Assembly: GCF_038025025.1 (NCBI RefSeq)
Contig: NW_027117345.1
Span: forward strand, 930,001 to 994,000
Length of the DNA stretch: 64,000 bases
DNA from: Phyllosticta citribraziliensis
Taxonomy: Eukaryota
Direction of reading: 5' to 3'
In this document: piece by piece, positions 38,705-50,954 of the stretch
Layout: the number at the start of each line of letters is the position of its first letter
Position numbering within the stretch: the stretch's first letter is position 1
Notes under the pieces: model-generated
Databases searched by the model: none
What the model was told of the DNA's origin: nothing
The model's input: only the letters and a program-made list of their open reading frames with translations
Position numbers and translations under genes: made by a program

Positions 38705-39184
38705 GTGCATCACCTAGGCGCTTGATTGAACGATGAGCATAGCTACGGTTGGCAAAGTGGCTTGCAAGGCGTCTGCGCAAATAGTGGACTGCTGTAAAAC
38801 TGCTCTTATTCTTGTATATCACTGAGAGAGGAAAATCGGTATTATCTAGGCCTGTAGATCATGCGGGCTAGGACCATAGCTTCAATCAACATTTCAGAGA
38901 CAATTCATCTCGGCATCTACTTTCCTCGAGGCTTACCTGACAATGGCTGTGCATTGACAGATTAGGTCTTCAGGTACTACGGTCTGCGGTCAGCGCGTGT
39001 GAGGCGGTCCACAGGTTGCACGCTCTTATGAGGTAGCTGGCAAGTCTGACTGCCAGAGCCAGTCCCCTAAATATCGCCACAACCTCGAGGGATTGCTCCG
39101 CCACTGCTGCTACTGTCCACCTCCGCCAGAAAGACACATCATCACGGCAGACTCACCACTCACGCTAACGAAAACCCAGTCCAA

Positions 39185-40462
39185 ATGGCACAGCCATTCA
39201 GCGACACGATGGACATACAAGGCCTGCTCAGCGCGCTCGGCGTCACTTCCGAAGAGCCAACCACCTTCACCATGCTATCCCAGATGGCGCAGGACTTGAT
39301 GAGCAACTCTGGCAGCACGGGCAGCGCTGGGAGCGTCGTGACGGAGCTCGACGAGGACTTTGACGTGGAGGACTACTGGGAGGATTTCGGCGGCGAAGAA
39401 GGCTACAACAATGGGGAGGGATTCGAGAGAACGAGTGGTGATCAGAGGGTGTCTCTTGCTCCTACGATCAAGCCGACGGCGGTCGACATCATTGCGTCGT
39501 TGCGGGGGCACATGGGCCCGGGCAAAGACCTGTACGAGCCGTGGCGGCGCAGCGAGTTGGAGCCCATGCTTTGCGGCACCATCATCGACGGGCGACCCAT
39601 TGACAGCCAATATGTTCGCGAATACAGAGACCTCATCGAGGCGATTGTGCGGCACAACTGCACAGGCACGGCAAGCCACGACATTGCAGCATGGCAAACC
39701 CTCACGACACCAACGCCGCTGGACGTGCCGTGGCTCAAGCGACGGACGCGCGAGCGCTGGGCGCAGCGCTACGAAACAGAGACGGGGCGCGCGCTGCTGG
39801 CACTCAAGCAGCGGCTCAAGACGTCCACGGGGCTCGACCGCCTGCTGTACGGGCCCAACCTCAAATACTTCCGGCGGCTGGCGTATCGCAAGATGGGCGA
39901 CGAGTGCCGGCGCGACGTGCTGGACGAGTTTGCGCAGACGCAGCTGGCGGCGCCGCGCGCAAAGTGCGAGGGCGAGCTGGCGCTGCTGCAGCTCCTGTAT
40001 CACGGCCAGCGCGCGGAGCTCAAGACGCGCATCCAGGCGCCGCTGAGCTTGGTGGATGTTGTCGAGGAGATGCACGCCGAGTTGGCGGTCGTGGCTGGGT
40101 CTGGGTTGTGCTTTGTCGAGCCCGAGGTCGAGGTCTTGGAGACGCTGGTGGATATGGCGGAGGAGGTGGTGGACAAGGTCGAGCGGTCGACGGCGGCGCT
40201 GCTGGCGAGAGATGTTCAGGGGAAGACGGCCAGACGAGAAGAGTCGCAGCGTCGATTCGGGATGCCGGATAGCTTTGGGTCCATGATGGTGTCGCTGGAC
40301 GATTTGGACTTGGTGCGCAGCACGGCGAGGTCCGTCGTCGGCATGGCGGAGCAGATGGGCGAGGAACTGGAGCAGGTTGCCCTGGCGGCGGTGGATGCGG
40401 TTGGAGCGACGAAGGACTTGATGTTGATGAAGGAGTTGAGGGGCCTATCAGAGGCGGGATAA
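39185..40462 (+). CDS. Hypothetical 425-aa protein with an acidic N-terminus and predicted helical body
   Basis: Long GC3-rich ORF with a good ATG context (CAAATGG). No motif recognised. Confidence 0.65.
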   Translation: MAQPFSDTMDIQGLLSALGVTSEEPTTFTMLSQMAQDLMSNSGSTGSAGSVVTELDEDFDVEDYWEDFGGEEGYNNGEGFERTSGDQRVSLAPTIKPTAVDIIASLRGHMGPGKDLYEPWRRSELEPMLCGTIIDGRPIDSQYVREYRDLIEAIVRHNCTGTASHDIAAWQTLTTPTPLDVPWLKRRTRERWAQRYETETGRALLALKQRLKTSTGLDRLLYGPNLKYFRRLAYRKMGDECRRDVLDEFAQTQLAAPRAKCEGELALLQLLYHGQRAELKTRIQAPLSLVDVVEEMHAELAVVAGSGLCFVEPEVEVLETLVDMAEEVVDKVERSTAALLARDVQGKTARREESQRRFGMPDSFGSMMVSLDDLDLVRSTARSVVGMAEQMGEELEQVALAAVDAVGATKDLMLMKELRGLSEAG

Positions 40463-40948
40463 TTCAGGTCCGGTAAACGGGAGAGCTAGCTGCCTGACAG
40501 CCTGACAGCCAGGAAGGATGACGTAGGAGAGGTTTCTTGGTCGAGTCAATTTTCTCACCCACTCTTGGTCCTGGTGGAGATGGAGTGTGGTGGTGGTGAC
40601 GGTGGTTTGGCGCGGGGATTGAGGCAGCGGCCACTGTTAGTCATTGCTCAGTCGATTTAGAGACCAAATGGGCGTTCATCGTGAGAAGCTGCTCGTCGTC
40701 GCCCCGAGTTTCGCTGTGGTGTTGAGTCCGTGCCGGGTGACGTTGGGTGCAGGTGCGGTGGGCCTTTCCGATTTGTCCCGCCCGGCCGACGACGCCCGCT
40801 CGGCGCAAGCCTTTCAATTGCCCGAGCTCTCTACCGCTAAAGAAACGTCGTTCACCTCCAGACCCAAGATATCCCTCTCCCGTCCTCTCCATCTCCACTC
40901 CATCCCTCCTCTTGTCCCTTTTCGTCCTTTGTCGTCGTCTGAGTCGCA

Positions 40949-42132
40949 ATGGCCACCAAGCAGGATGCTCCCCCCAAGCTGAGCGGTCTCCAGCTCTACT
41001 CCCGCTTCGCCTTCGCCGGCGCCGTGTGCTGCTCCGTCACCCACGGTGCTCTCACTCCCGTCGATGTGTAAGTCGACAACGTCAATGGGACATGAATAAT
41101 GTCCTCCTCTCGCCTCGCACGGTAGGGCTGACAGCTCCATCAACAGCGTCAAGACTTCGATCCAGCTTGACCCCGTCAAGTACAACAAGGGCCTGATTGG
41201 CGGCTTCCGCCAAATCATTGCTGAGAAGGGTGCCGGTGCCGTCTGGACTGGTGTCGGTCCTACCTTTGCTGGTTACTTCCTCCAGGGTGCCTTCAAGTTT
41301 GGAGGTTACGAATTCTTCAAGCAGCAGTCCATCAACCTCCTCGGTTACGAGACCGCTGCCAGCAACCGTACTGCCGTCTACCTCGCCTCCTCCGCCGCCG
41401 CCGAATTCTTTGCCGACATTGCCCTCTGCCCTCTCGAGGCTACCCGTATCCGTCTTGTCTCTGACCCCGGTTTCGCCAACGGTCTGATTGGTGGTTTCTC
41501 CAAGATCGCCAAGACTGAGGGTCTTGGTGCCTTCTACTCTGGTTTCGGTCCCATCCTCTTCAAGCAGTAAGTTGCTGGGTCCTTTTGGCTTGGATGAGAC
41601 GATGAAATTGACGCGCTGCAGGGTCCCCTACACCATGGCCAAGTTTGTCGTCTACGAGAAGGTCTCCGAGGCCATCTTCAAGCGCTTCGACAAGAACACC
41701 ATGTCCGGCCCCGGCCAGACCGTTGCCAACCTCGGCGCTGGTCTCATTGCTGGTTTCGCTGCCGCCATTGTCTCCCAGCCCGCCGACACTATGCTCTCCA
41801 AGATCAACAAGACCAAGGGTGAGCCTGGTGAGGGTACCACTTCCCGTCTGATCAAGATTGCCAAGGAGCTCGGCATCAGGGGCTCTTACGCTGGTATTGG
41901 TGCTCGTCTCTTCATGGTGTATGTATCCCCTGTCCTCGAGTTATGTGGGCCGTCGCTAACCTGGATCGCAGTGGTACTCTTACTGCTGGTCAGTTCGCCA
42001 TCTACGGCGACATCAAGAAGGTAAGCAGCCGAGTTCCCTCTTTGCCTTTGTAGCAAAACTGGTGTGAATCGAAACTAATGTCTTTGCCAGGCCATTGGCG
42101 CCGTCGGCGGTGTCGAGATTTCCCCTTCGTAA
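40949..42132 (+). CDS. MIR1: Mitochondrial phosphate carrier
   Basis: Five exons (introns 41068-41146, 41567-41621, 41919-41971, 42021-42090). Motifs [42 protein letters not shown] and [12 protein letters not shown]. Strong codon bias. Confidence 0.95.
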
Positions 42133-43415
42133 AAGATGCAGTAGAGACAATTGGGACTCAGGATAGTGGAAGATGCGAAGGAGGTGCCAAATCTAGAGGC
42201 CCTTTCACTCAGGCTGAATCGAGTGAAGGGATGTACGATTTCTTTACTCAATTGGCCAGTCTGTTTATGAGCATTTTTCCGGCCGGCTCTCGTCTTGTCT
42301 ACTCTTGGGAGAGGTCGTTTTGTTATAGAATAGATATCTCCCGAGCCAGAAAAAGTCGGGATTCGGTTCTGTGGAGGCCGCCAACTAATGAGCTAGGATT
42401 ATAGATGCAAAGGTTCTTTTTTCACGTCAACAGGTCCGTAGTGCTGCGTCTCTTGTCCGTGGAGCCCCATCTGCCCGTCATCACGAGTGCAGTCAAAGCA
42501 TGTCGGTCCTGCAGGCTGCTTGGATCCAACTCGAATGGGGAAAACAGCCTTTTTGTAAGTAGAGATCCTGTTCCCATTTCAGCAGTAGTTCCTGATGTGA
42601 TCAGCGTGTGTTTTGCATAAAGGTTCCGCTCCTTTGACGCGTTTTAGCGCCGCCGGGTAAAAGAAGGGGGGACGCATGCAAGCGAGACAAGGCCTCGATG
42701 CACTTCACGTTGCAGAAGACTCTGTAAGCACCAAATTCCATCTAGCTGCAGCCGTCTCATGGAATGCGACAACGAACAAACCTCATCCATCATCGGTCAG
42801 CTGGCAAAGAGGCACGATTGGGCGAATAGACGACAGCGTTCCAGGCCCAGCCCAGCTAGCTCCATTGAACGATGGCATGGGGGTCGGAGCGCCGCGTTTC
42901 TGGTTCCATTCCCTCGTGGTGCCCCTCCCAACGTCAATGGCGTTTTCGTCCGACTCTTATCGACATCCTGGTCGCACGTTTCTCACGCCCACCTCCTCAG
43001 CTTTGCATGGTGTTTGCCGTGCGTGTACCGTACCCTACCGTACCCAGAGCCGAGCCGGACCAGCAGCAGCCACTCAGGTCCTGCGCAGCGACTAGACCGG
43101 GGGTTGGCGGGAGCGACCGCTCTTAGCATCTTGACTACGGGCATATTACCTGCGTAACTGCAGCAGGGTTTCTCGTTCTGTTGGCCTGGGTTTTTTAGTT
43201 GGGGTGCAGGCGAGGTGCGTGGCGCGATAGCGCTGTGGAGGATTACAGCACTTGTTCGTCATCCTCTTGTTTTTGGTTGTTCCTGTCTTCCCTTCCTCCA
43301 CTCTCTCTCTCTCTCCGCCTTGGTGGTGGTGCGGCGCGTTGCCTTTATATCCTCCTCCGCGCCACTGGCTGTTGTCAGATCGCTTCTTCTCTCCCACCTG
43401 CTATTTTCGACAGAC

Positions 43416-45169
43416 ATGGGCGACCTTGGTATGGCTGCTCTGACTTCAATTTGACTGCCTGGAAGCTAACCCTGCCTCAGGTGAAGACCGCAAGCCAACG
43501 GAGGAGAATGCGACCCTTCTCCAGGCCTTTGAGTGGAATGTGCCCGCCGATGGCAAGCACTGGAAGCGGCTCACGGCCGCGCTTCCCTCACTGAAGAGCA
43601 TTGGCATCACCAACATGTGGATTCCTCCCGGATGCAAAGGTACTGCACGGAGGCGCATGACGAGCTGGGGTGCATTGAAGACACAATCAATCTGACGCCA
43701 CGTGATTGCAGGCTCCTCGCCCAATGGCAACGGCTACGACATCTACGATCTCTACGACCTGGGGGAATTCGACCAGAAGAACAGCGTGCCGACCAAATGG
43801 GGCGACCTGACGCAGTTGCGCGCCATGTGCGCCAAGGCCAACGAACTGGGCGTCGGCGTGTACTGGGACGCGGTCCTGAACCACAAGGCGGCCGCCGACA
43901 ACAAGGAAAAGTGTCGGGCTATCGAAGTGGATCCGAATGACCGGAATCGCGAAGTGAGCGATGCGTACGAGATTGACGCGTGGCTGGGCTTCGACTTTCC
44001 TGGCCGCGGCGACAAGTACAGCAGCCAAAAGTATCACTGGTACCACTTTACGGGGACGGACTTCAACGCGGCCAACAATAAGAGCGCCATCTACAAAATC
44101 TGCGGCGACGGCAAGCACTGGAGCGACTCGGTCGACAAGGAGCAGGGCAACGCCGACTACATGATGTACGCGGACCTCGACTACGCGCACCAGGAGGTCG
44201 TCGACGACGTGAAGCGGTGGGGCGTGTGGATCGTCAAGGAGCTGGGCATCAAGGGCTTCCGGCTCGACGCGGTGCAGCACTACAGCGAGCGCTTCACCAA
44301 CGAGTGGGTCGCCAACCTGGTCGAGCAGCTGGGCGACAACAGCGTCTTCCTCGTCGGCGAGTTCTGGGTCGGCGACGTGCACACGCTGACGGCCTGGCTC
44401 GAGAAGATGCACCACAAGTTCTCGCTCTTCGACGCCCCGCTGCTGTACAACTTTTCGCGCGCGTCCAACTCGGAGCGCGCCGACTTGCGCAAGATCTTTG
44501 ACGACTCGCTCGTTGCTGTCGAGCCGTACAATGCCGTCACTTGGTAAGCCGATTGATTCGTTCATCCCTTGTCCATCAGTAGACTAATCGACGGACCCCA
44601 GCGTCGCAAACCACGACACGCAACCAGGCCAAACCGTCGCGACCCCCGTCTCGTCCTTCTTCAAGCCCCTCGCCTACGCCCTCATCCTGCTGCGGCCCAA
44701 CGGCTACCCGTGCATCTTCCACGGCGATCTCTACGGCCTACTCCCAGGCTACTCGACCGACGCCGAGCCGCCCTCGTGCAGCGGCGCGCTGCCCGCCCTC
44801 ATCAAGGCGCGCCAGCTCTACGCGTACGGCGACTGCGACGACTACTGGAGCGACGACGCCAACTGCATCGGCTGGGTGCGCCGCGGCACGTGGGACCGCG
44901 GCGACGGCGGCTGCGCCGTCGTCATGAGCAATGCCGGCGCAAACCAGAAGCGCATGTTCGTCGGCGAGCAGTGGGCCGGCTCCGTCTGGACCGACGTCCT
45001 GGGCTGGGCGCGCAACGGCGACCAGGACGCCCAGGTCCAGATTGGCGAGGATGGCTTTGGCGAGTTTACGTGCGGCGAGTGCAGTGTGAGTGTTTGGGTG
45101 AGGAGGGACGCCCAGGGCCGTGACGGCTTCCCGGTGCAGTTTGATACCGAGATTTATAGCATGGCGTGA
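43416..45169 (+). CDS. Intracellular GH13_5 alpha-amylase (Amy1/AmyG-like)
   Basis: Four exons (introns 43429-43480, 43640-43711, 44544-44601). Motifs LLQAFEW, GYDIYDLYDLGEFDQK, DAVLNHK; catalytic GFRLDAVQH, VGEFW and ANHDTQ. No signal peptide. Confidence 0.93.
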
Positions 45170-45855
45170 GTTGGTAGGGACGAGGATGGCGAGGGAGCTC
45201 TGGATAGTGGGATGGGTGAGAGGGCGAGTCGAGCATGGTAATATCCAATCTGCATTTTCCACTTCAGTTTTCTCCATCATACATATCTCACTTAGTCTGC
45301 AATGCCAACCAGTTCAAACCATCACCATCAAGCCCACTCGGACAATTCAGCCACACATACGCGAATTCGCGTAACCAGAGCGTCGAGTCCCCTCGATCCA
45401 CAACATCAAGAGGAAGTGAGAAGAAAGAGGAATAATACCAACAGCACTTTTACATTGATCGAAGCACGTGCTTACTTGCTCAGCGACTGACTGACTATAC
45501 AACACATCGACCGGCTGACTGCGCAAGGAGCACCTCATTACCACCATATTTGCTGTGTTGTGAACCCAACCCATCATCATTTGCCTCTCCCGAAGGAGGC
45601 TTTGGGTTCCATATCGCCCCTAGAGCGCAAAGAAAGTCGTACATGTCGCGTAATCTGAACCATAAACGCCGTCCGCAGTGAGTGCTTTCCGCCCATCCGT
45701 CCGTCCGTGTCCGCGCAGTGAACCTTTGTCCGTAACCATCCATATCCCAGACCAAACCAACCGGCCGACCAGAAGAAAAGAGTTTGAAAGCCGCCCGTAT
45801 AATATAAACCGCAGGCCGCGAGAATTCCCTCCCCAAGTCACGCTTTCTTGACCCA

Positions 45856-46773
45856 CTACACGCCGCCCATTTCAATCTCCTTGTCCTCGCGCCATTCGCA
45901 GGGCCGCAAGAAATTCGCCTCCTCAAAGTCCACCGCACCATTGCCAATGGCGTGCCGTCGTCCAGCGCCGCCACCACCCATGCCGTCTCTCTTGCGCGTC
46001 CGCGGCCGCGCGAGCGGCCTCATCAGCCCGCCGCTCAAGTCTGGCATCACGGTGTGGCTGACGGGGTACTTTGTGCGCGGCGAGACCTGGACGTCGTCCC
46101 GCGCAAACGCGTCGACGGCGAAGTCTGTGTTGAAGTTTGGAAAGAGCGGGCGGGCCGACGCGTTCGTGGCATTGTTTCCGACCATTTCGCTTTCGTCATC
46201 TGCGTCGGACGAGGAGTCGTCGTCGTCGATGTAGCGGCGCTTGTTCGTTGTGGGCGGGGCGTGCAGCGAGTCGGTCGAGACGATTGACGCGTTCGAGTCG
46301 GATGAGAAGGAGAAGTGTGCGGGGTCGAAGATGGGCTCGTGGGCGCCGAGGGGCTGCGCGTCGTTTGTCGGGGCGTGGGCGCCGTTGGAGGACGCGGCAG
46401 CAGACGTAGTCGAGATGATGATGGGCGAGGGCTGCAGAGCGAGACCGCCGGTCTTGTGGAGGCCGCAAAAGGGAAGCAGCTCTGCCGGGCGGTTGTGGTT
46501 GAGCTCCGTGGGTGGCCTTGTTGTTGAGGTGAAAGCGGGCGCCATTTTCTTGGTGTGTGTTTGGTAGCCCTCGGGGATGGCTTTGCGGACGCGCATGCCC
46601 ACGTTTAAAAGCGAGGCCTGGATGTTTGGCGGAAGCACTTGGATGCCCTGCTGATGGGAAGGACTGTGCGATGGTGAGGCAGTCGTGTCGATGTCAGACC
46701 GGTCGCTGCGCGCGAAAAAGGTTGTGATGGAAGGCTGAAAGGGCCGTTTGGAGCGGTGCTGAGAGGGCGACAT
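45856..46773 (-). CDS. Spd1/Dif1-like ribonucleotide reductase inhibitor
   Basis: HUG/Spd1-type motif IQASLLNVGMRVRKAIPEGY, an N-terminal PIP-box-like QPSITTFF and C-terminal DFEEANFL. Confidence 0.82.
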   Translation of the reverse strand: MSPSQHRSKRPFQPSITTFFARSDRSDIDTTASPSHSPSHQQGIQVLPPNIQASLLNVGMRVRKAIPEGYQTHTKKMAPAFTSTTRPPTELNHNRPAELLPFCGLHKTGGLALQPSPIIISTTSAAASSNGAHAPTNDAQPLGAHEPIFDPAHFSFSSDSNASIVSTDSLHAPPTTNKRRYIDDDDSSSDADDESEMVGNNATNASARPLFPNFNTDFAVDAFARDDVQVSPRTKYPVSHTVMPDLSGGLMRPLARPRTRKRDGMGGGGAGRRHAIGNGAVDFEEANFLRPCEWREDKEIEMGGV

Positions 46774-48368
46774 GGTGCGGATGGCGAATTGAAGGGCGAA
46801 GGATTGGGCGAGGTGCGAGTAGACGACGTGGTCTGTCTGTGTTGGGTGGGGTAGCTCAGAGCTAATATGTGTGGTGAGAGTTGAGTGGGTGGTGGGGAGG
46901 AGGATGGAAAAGAGGCTGGCTCGCGCGTCGCGTGCAAGGGAAGCGCGTCGGCGCTACAGCTGAATAGGAATAGTGATGGGCGGGCGGCCGTCGACCTCAA
47001 CCACCTGCAAAGCTAAGCTTACATGTTCCTCACCTCCTCCGCCCCCGTCAGGTATTTATGCATCGACCATTGACCACGCCGTTCCTCGGTCCGGTCATTG
47101 TGCGCGCTCTTTGCGTCGCTGCCAGACAAACGACTCGATAACCCAAGGCGCTGCGCCAGTCGTCTCATGCATCCCGCTGGCCGGCAAAAGAACACAGCCA
47201 TCCGTGTCCAACGCCGCGCTGTCCACTGCTCTTTGGCTGTGCAGATGCTAGCTCTTCATTCTGCCAGCTCGTTGGCAACAGCTGACGGGCTACAGGACTT
47301 GTCCAAACCCAACAGGTCCTCAGTCCGACAAACCTATAATTGTTCGACTATTGACCTCTGTCAACTTGTAGCTCGTGCAGCACACGTGCATATGCATGCC
47401 GCTTAGCATGCAACCGTGGGTCCTATTAATAGTCTGATTTGAATGCTCCCTTTGGCCACCAAACTCCCCTTAGCTTGGCTGCGAACTCTCAACGGAGATA
47501 GACTTGGTAGCCCAGTTGTGGCACACCCAACCACTCGACTGCTCGACATGTCTGTCATTTTCAATTCCAGGACGCTTGGATGCTGTCTGTTGGTGCTTGT
47601 TCACTACACTCTCTTGTTGGGATATTTCAATCCTGAAAGTCTCGACGGCACTGTCCGGTGGATGGGCAGCAGCATGACATCATGCTGCGAACGCTCTGCA
47701 TATCAAGTGCTAGTTTCACCTTTCGAAACCGCGTCCATGCAGACAGACGTCACAGGAGGTTGTCATTTGCGTGCTTCGAACGCAATGGCGATTACTGCGC
47801 TGGCCAGCGACGCCGTTCGCATGGGTGGAACCGCTCCAATGGTGCGGATTTAGATGCTATGTAGAGGACGGTCAAACACGAGTTCAATCAACATCGCTTC
47901 ATCTCCTCCACTACATTGAATTGAGATAAGCCAATGACAATGTACAGCTTCGGTAGTTAAAAGGATTTACTGCGGACCCTTCCTGAATACATGATGCATG
48001 TGTAATGTGGCAGTCGAACAGCCACTCTATTGAACATCTAACAAGTCGCTTGCGCGACACATGATGGAGAGGCACGAAGTGATGTAAGGCAGATTGGCTT
48101 GCTCTGCATCAGGTCAGCTGATTCGGGCGACAAGAGTGCAGTTGGATCTTCTTTTCGACGTAGACTTGCGCTGCGGCAGTTCCATCAATCACGTGGCAAC
48201 GAGAGGGTTAATCCTGAAAATCTTCAGTGTATGAACCTATCCTGGTTAACTTCCTGTGTACCTTGATCCGTTCCTAGCCAACAGCAAAACTGAGTCTGAT
48301 TATAGAACCCGCAAAGAGTACAGGTACCCACCGTGAAATCCATCCAGTCGAGAAGGAGCCGGCCACCC

Positions 48369-50312
48369 TCACATGGCCTTGGAGAACAGGCTGCGGTAGA
48401 CTGCTTCGACGACGGGTTGGGCAGTGATGGTGCGTCCGCCGAAAAATCTTCCGTTGAGACCCTTGATGGCGTTCTCGCCGCCCGTGACCGTTTCGAACTT
48501 GACGTAAATGTCGCCTTGGGTGTTGGGGTCTACTGCAATGTGAACAACTTTGCCATACTTCTCCTGGCACTCGTCGCGGACGTCATCCTCTAGCTCCCTG
48601 GTCCAGTTTTCACCCGTTTCCCTGCGCGAACCCATTAGCAAGGTCCGATGAAAGGACAGCCGAGCCAAACTTACTCTTGCGGGTCAAACATGTTCTTCAG
48701 CACAACGCAGCGGCTGGACTGGTTGACGTTGATGTTGACTGGGACTTTGCTAACTGGGGCAGTAGACTTGAGCATCTTTTGCTTGTCAGCGCCGTTGGTC
48801 TCAGCGGGTTCATCAGCACGAGCAAGCTTCCTCATGAGGGCATCCCTGCTGTAGTTGTTGAAATTTACGCCTCCAACGTCAGTGTCGTCGAGAGCACTGG
48901 CTCCTCCGGTGCCCTTGTCGTTGTCGCGGCCACCAGCACGGTCAAACGTGCCTCCAGAACCTCCAGCATGAGCGCCACGGCCACCCGAGCCAGAGAACGC
49001 CGAGCCCTGAAAGCCTGGTTGGCCCGGACCTGGAAATCGATTGAGGAGATTGGCAGTAGACTCGGGAGTGAACTTATCGTTGCCCAAGCCAACACGAATG
49101 GGACGTCCAGCAAGGTCGAAGCCGTTCATCTTCTCGAGAGCCTCTTTGGCCTGGGTAGGATCGCGGAACCTGGTGAATTCGATGTTAAATTGACCCTTGC
49201 GATACTCAAGGATTTACTTACTGCACAAAGCCATAGCCACGGCTGCGACCGCTGTCATCCTTCTGCAACTGCACAAATTCAAGCTCTCCAAAAGGCTCAA
49301 AGACATTCTGCAGATCCTGTTCAGTGATGCTGAAGTGAATGTTGCCGACATACAACCTGTGGAAGGGAACGCCGTTGTTGTTGACCGAATGTCCCTCTCC
49401 AGAACGAGCTTGGCGGTTCTTCTCGGCTTCGGTGAGCTGAGCAATGATTGGGATACCTAGGAGTTTCTGGCCCGTAAGCTGAATGGCGAGGGGAACGGAC
49501 TCCTCGTTCTTAAACTCAACATATCCAACGCTGCAATGGATTAGCAAATGATGTTGCCGCAGTGAGCCAGAAACTTACCCCTTGGAGCGACCGCTGACGC
49601 GATCCTTGACGATTTGCGCTTCCTTGACAGGGCCAACCTTTTCAAAAAATGTAACCAGTTCCTTGGTCCTCAGACGAGCAGCGAGTTGTTGGACAAACAC
49701 AGTGCGACGGTCACGTTCGTCCTCGGTCAACGGCGGGGTGGCTGAACGACGCGGAGAAGGAGAGCGACGGCGACCTCCACGGCCGCCTCGGTGTCCCCGG
49801 TCACGATCACGGTCACGCTCGCGTTCACGGTCTTTTTCGGGTTCTTCGTCGCGTCGGCCGCCGCGTCCAATGGGACGGTAATGCCTGTCGTCGTCGGGGT
49901 ATGGAGAGCGGGACCTGGTTCGTGGGCGACCGCTGCCGCGGTAGTAGTCGCCGCGATAACTGTCGTCACGGTCAATGGAGTCTCGGCCACGGCGGAGGCG
50001 TCTTTCCGAGTCACGGCTCCGGCTACGGCGCTTGCTCCTAAGGCTGCCGCTAGCGCTGCCCCGGTCGCTGCGAGGACTCTTCATCTCGACATCGTCATCG
50101 AGGTCGCGCCGGACTCTATCACGGCTGCGGTCGCGGCGTTTGCGGTCGCGGTCCCGCGAGCCATCTTTGGTACGGTCATCGCGGTCCCGGCGCTCGGATC
50201 TGTCGCCCTTTGGGCGCTCGTCGTTGTCGGTCGAACGGGGGGTATCTCTTGACTCTGCCGCACTGGCATTGGCAGTGGAATCGAGCAAAGCCTCAACGTC
50301 TAGACCTGACAT
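48369..50312 (-). CDS. pad-1: RBM39/CAPER-family splicing factor (Pad-1/Rsd1)
   Basis: Four exons (introns 49578-49531, 49221-49170, 48674-48622). RS/RD-rich N-terminus; RRM1 [15 protein letters not shown]2 [13 protein letters not shown] and [20 protein letters not shown]. Confidence 0.93.
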
Positions 50313-50954
50313 TGTGGTTGGATGCTGTCAAGCTAAACGTTTGGAATGAGGAGTATCACTGAGGAACGGAGCGTCAGCGCGTGAAGTCGGTTGAGGCGCA
50401 GGTCGGACGGTCGCGCACCCTGCTACTGGACTAGCGCGTGGACGGTGCTGGAGTGTGAGTGTCGTAAATGGAAATGGAGATGAGGTTGACGGCGTCTGTG
50501 GCAGAGGCGAGCAGCGGGTGCTGTGGAGGCGATACTGCGAGATGCGCGTTGCGCGGTTGGGATGCAGAGTGGAAGGAGACAGCGCTGCAACAGGGAAGGT
50601 AAACTTTACGACTGGGCCGGAGCGGAGCGGCTCATCCCGAGTCACGTGCGCTCAGCTCACCTTCGGATCATCCATCACCCGGAGATTAGGCAAACCCAGA
50701 TCTCAAGCAATGGGTGGTAAATGGACGGAATACCTGGCAGTTTGAGCAGAGTGAAGAAATGTAGGTATTACTATCTGTCGTAGGAAAGCGAGTCGTCAAT
50801 GAATATTATCCCAATCGTAACTATGATGCCTCATGAAGCCGCGCCATGCAGCACCCGCAAAAGCTCAATCTCAACGCCTTGATGCCCCCGTTGCCCCAAC
50901 ATTATTACAACTGATGTACATCATTCCTTCAACCAGCAAGATCGAGTCCAGGTC

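Noticed and set aside
43416..45169. Recent bacterial horizontal transfer of the GC-rich, bacterial-type amylase
   Set aside because: It has three spliceosomal introns, GH13_5 is an established fungal subfamily, and neighbouring native genes show similarly high GC3.
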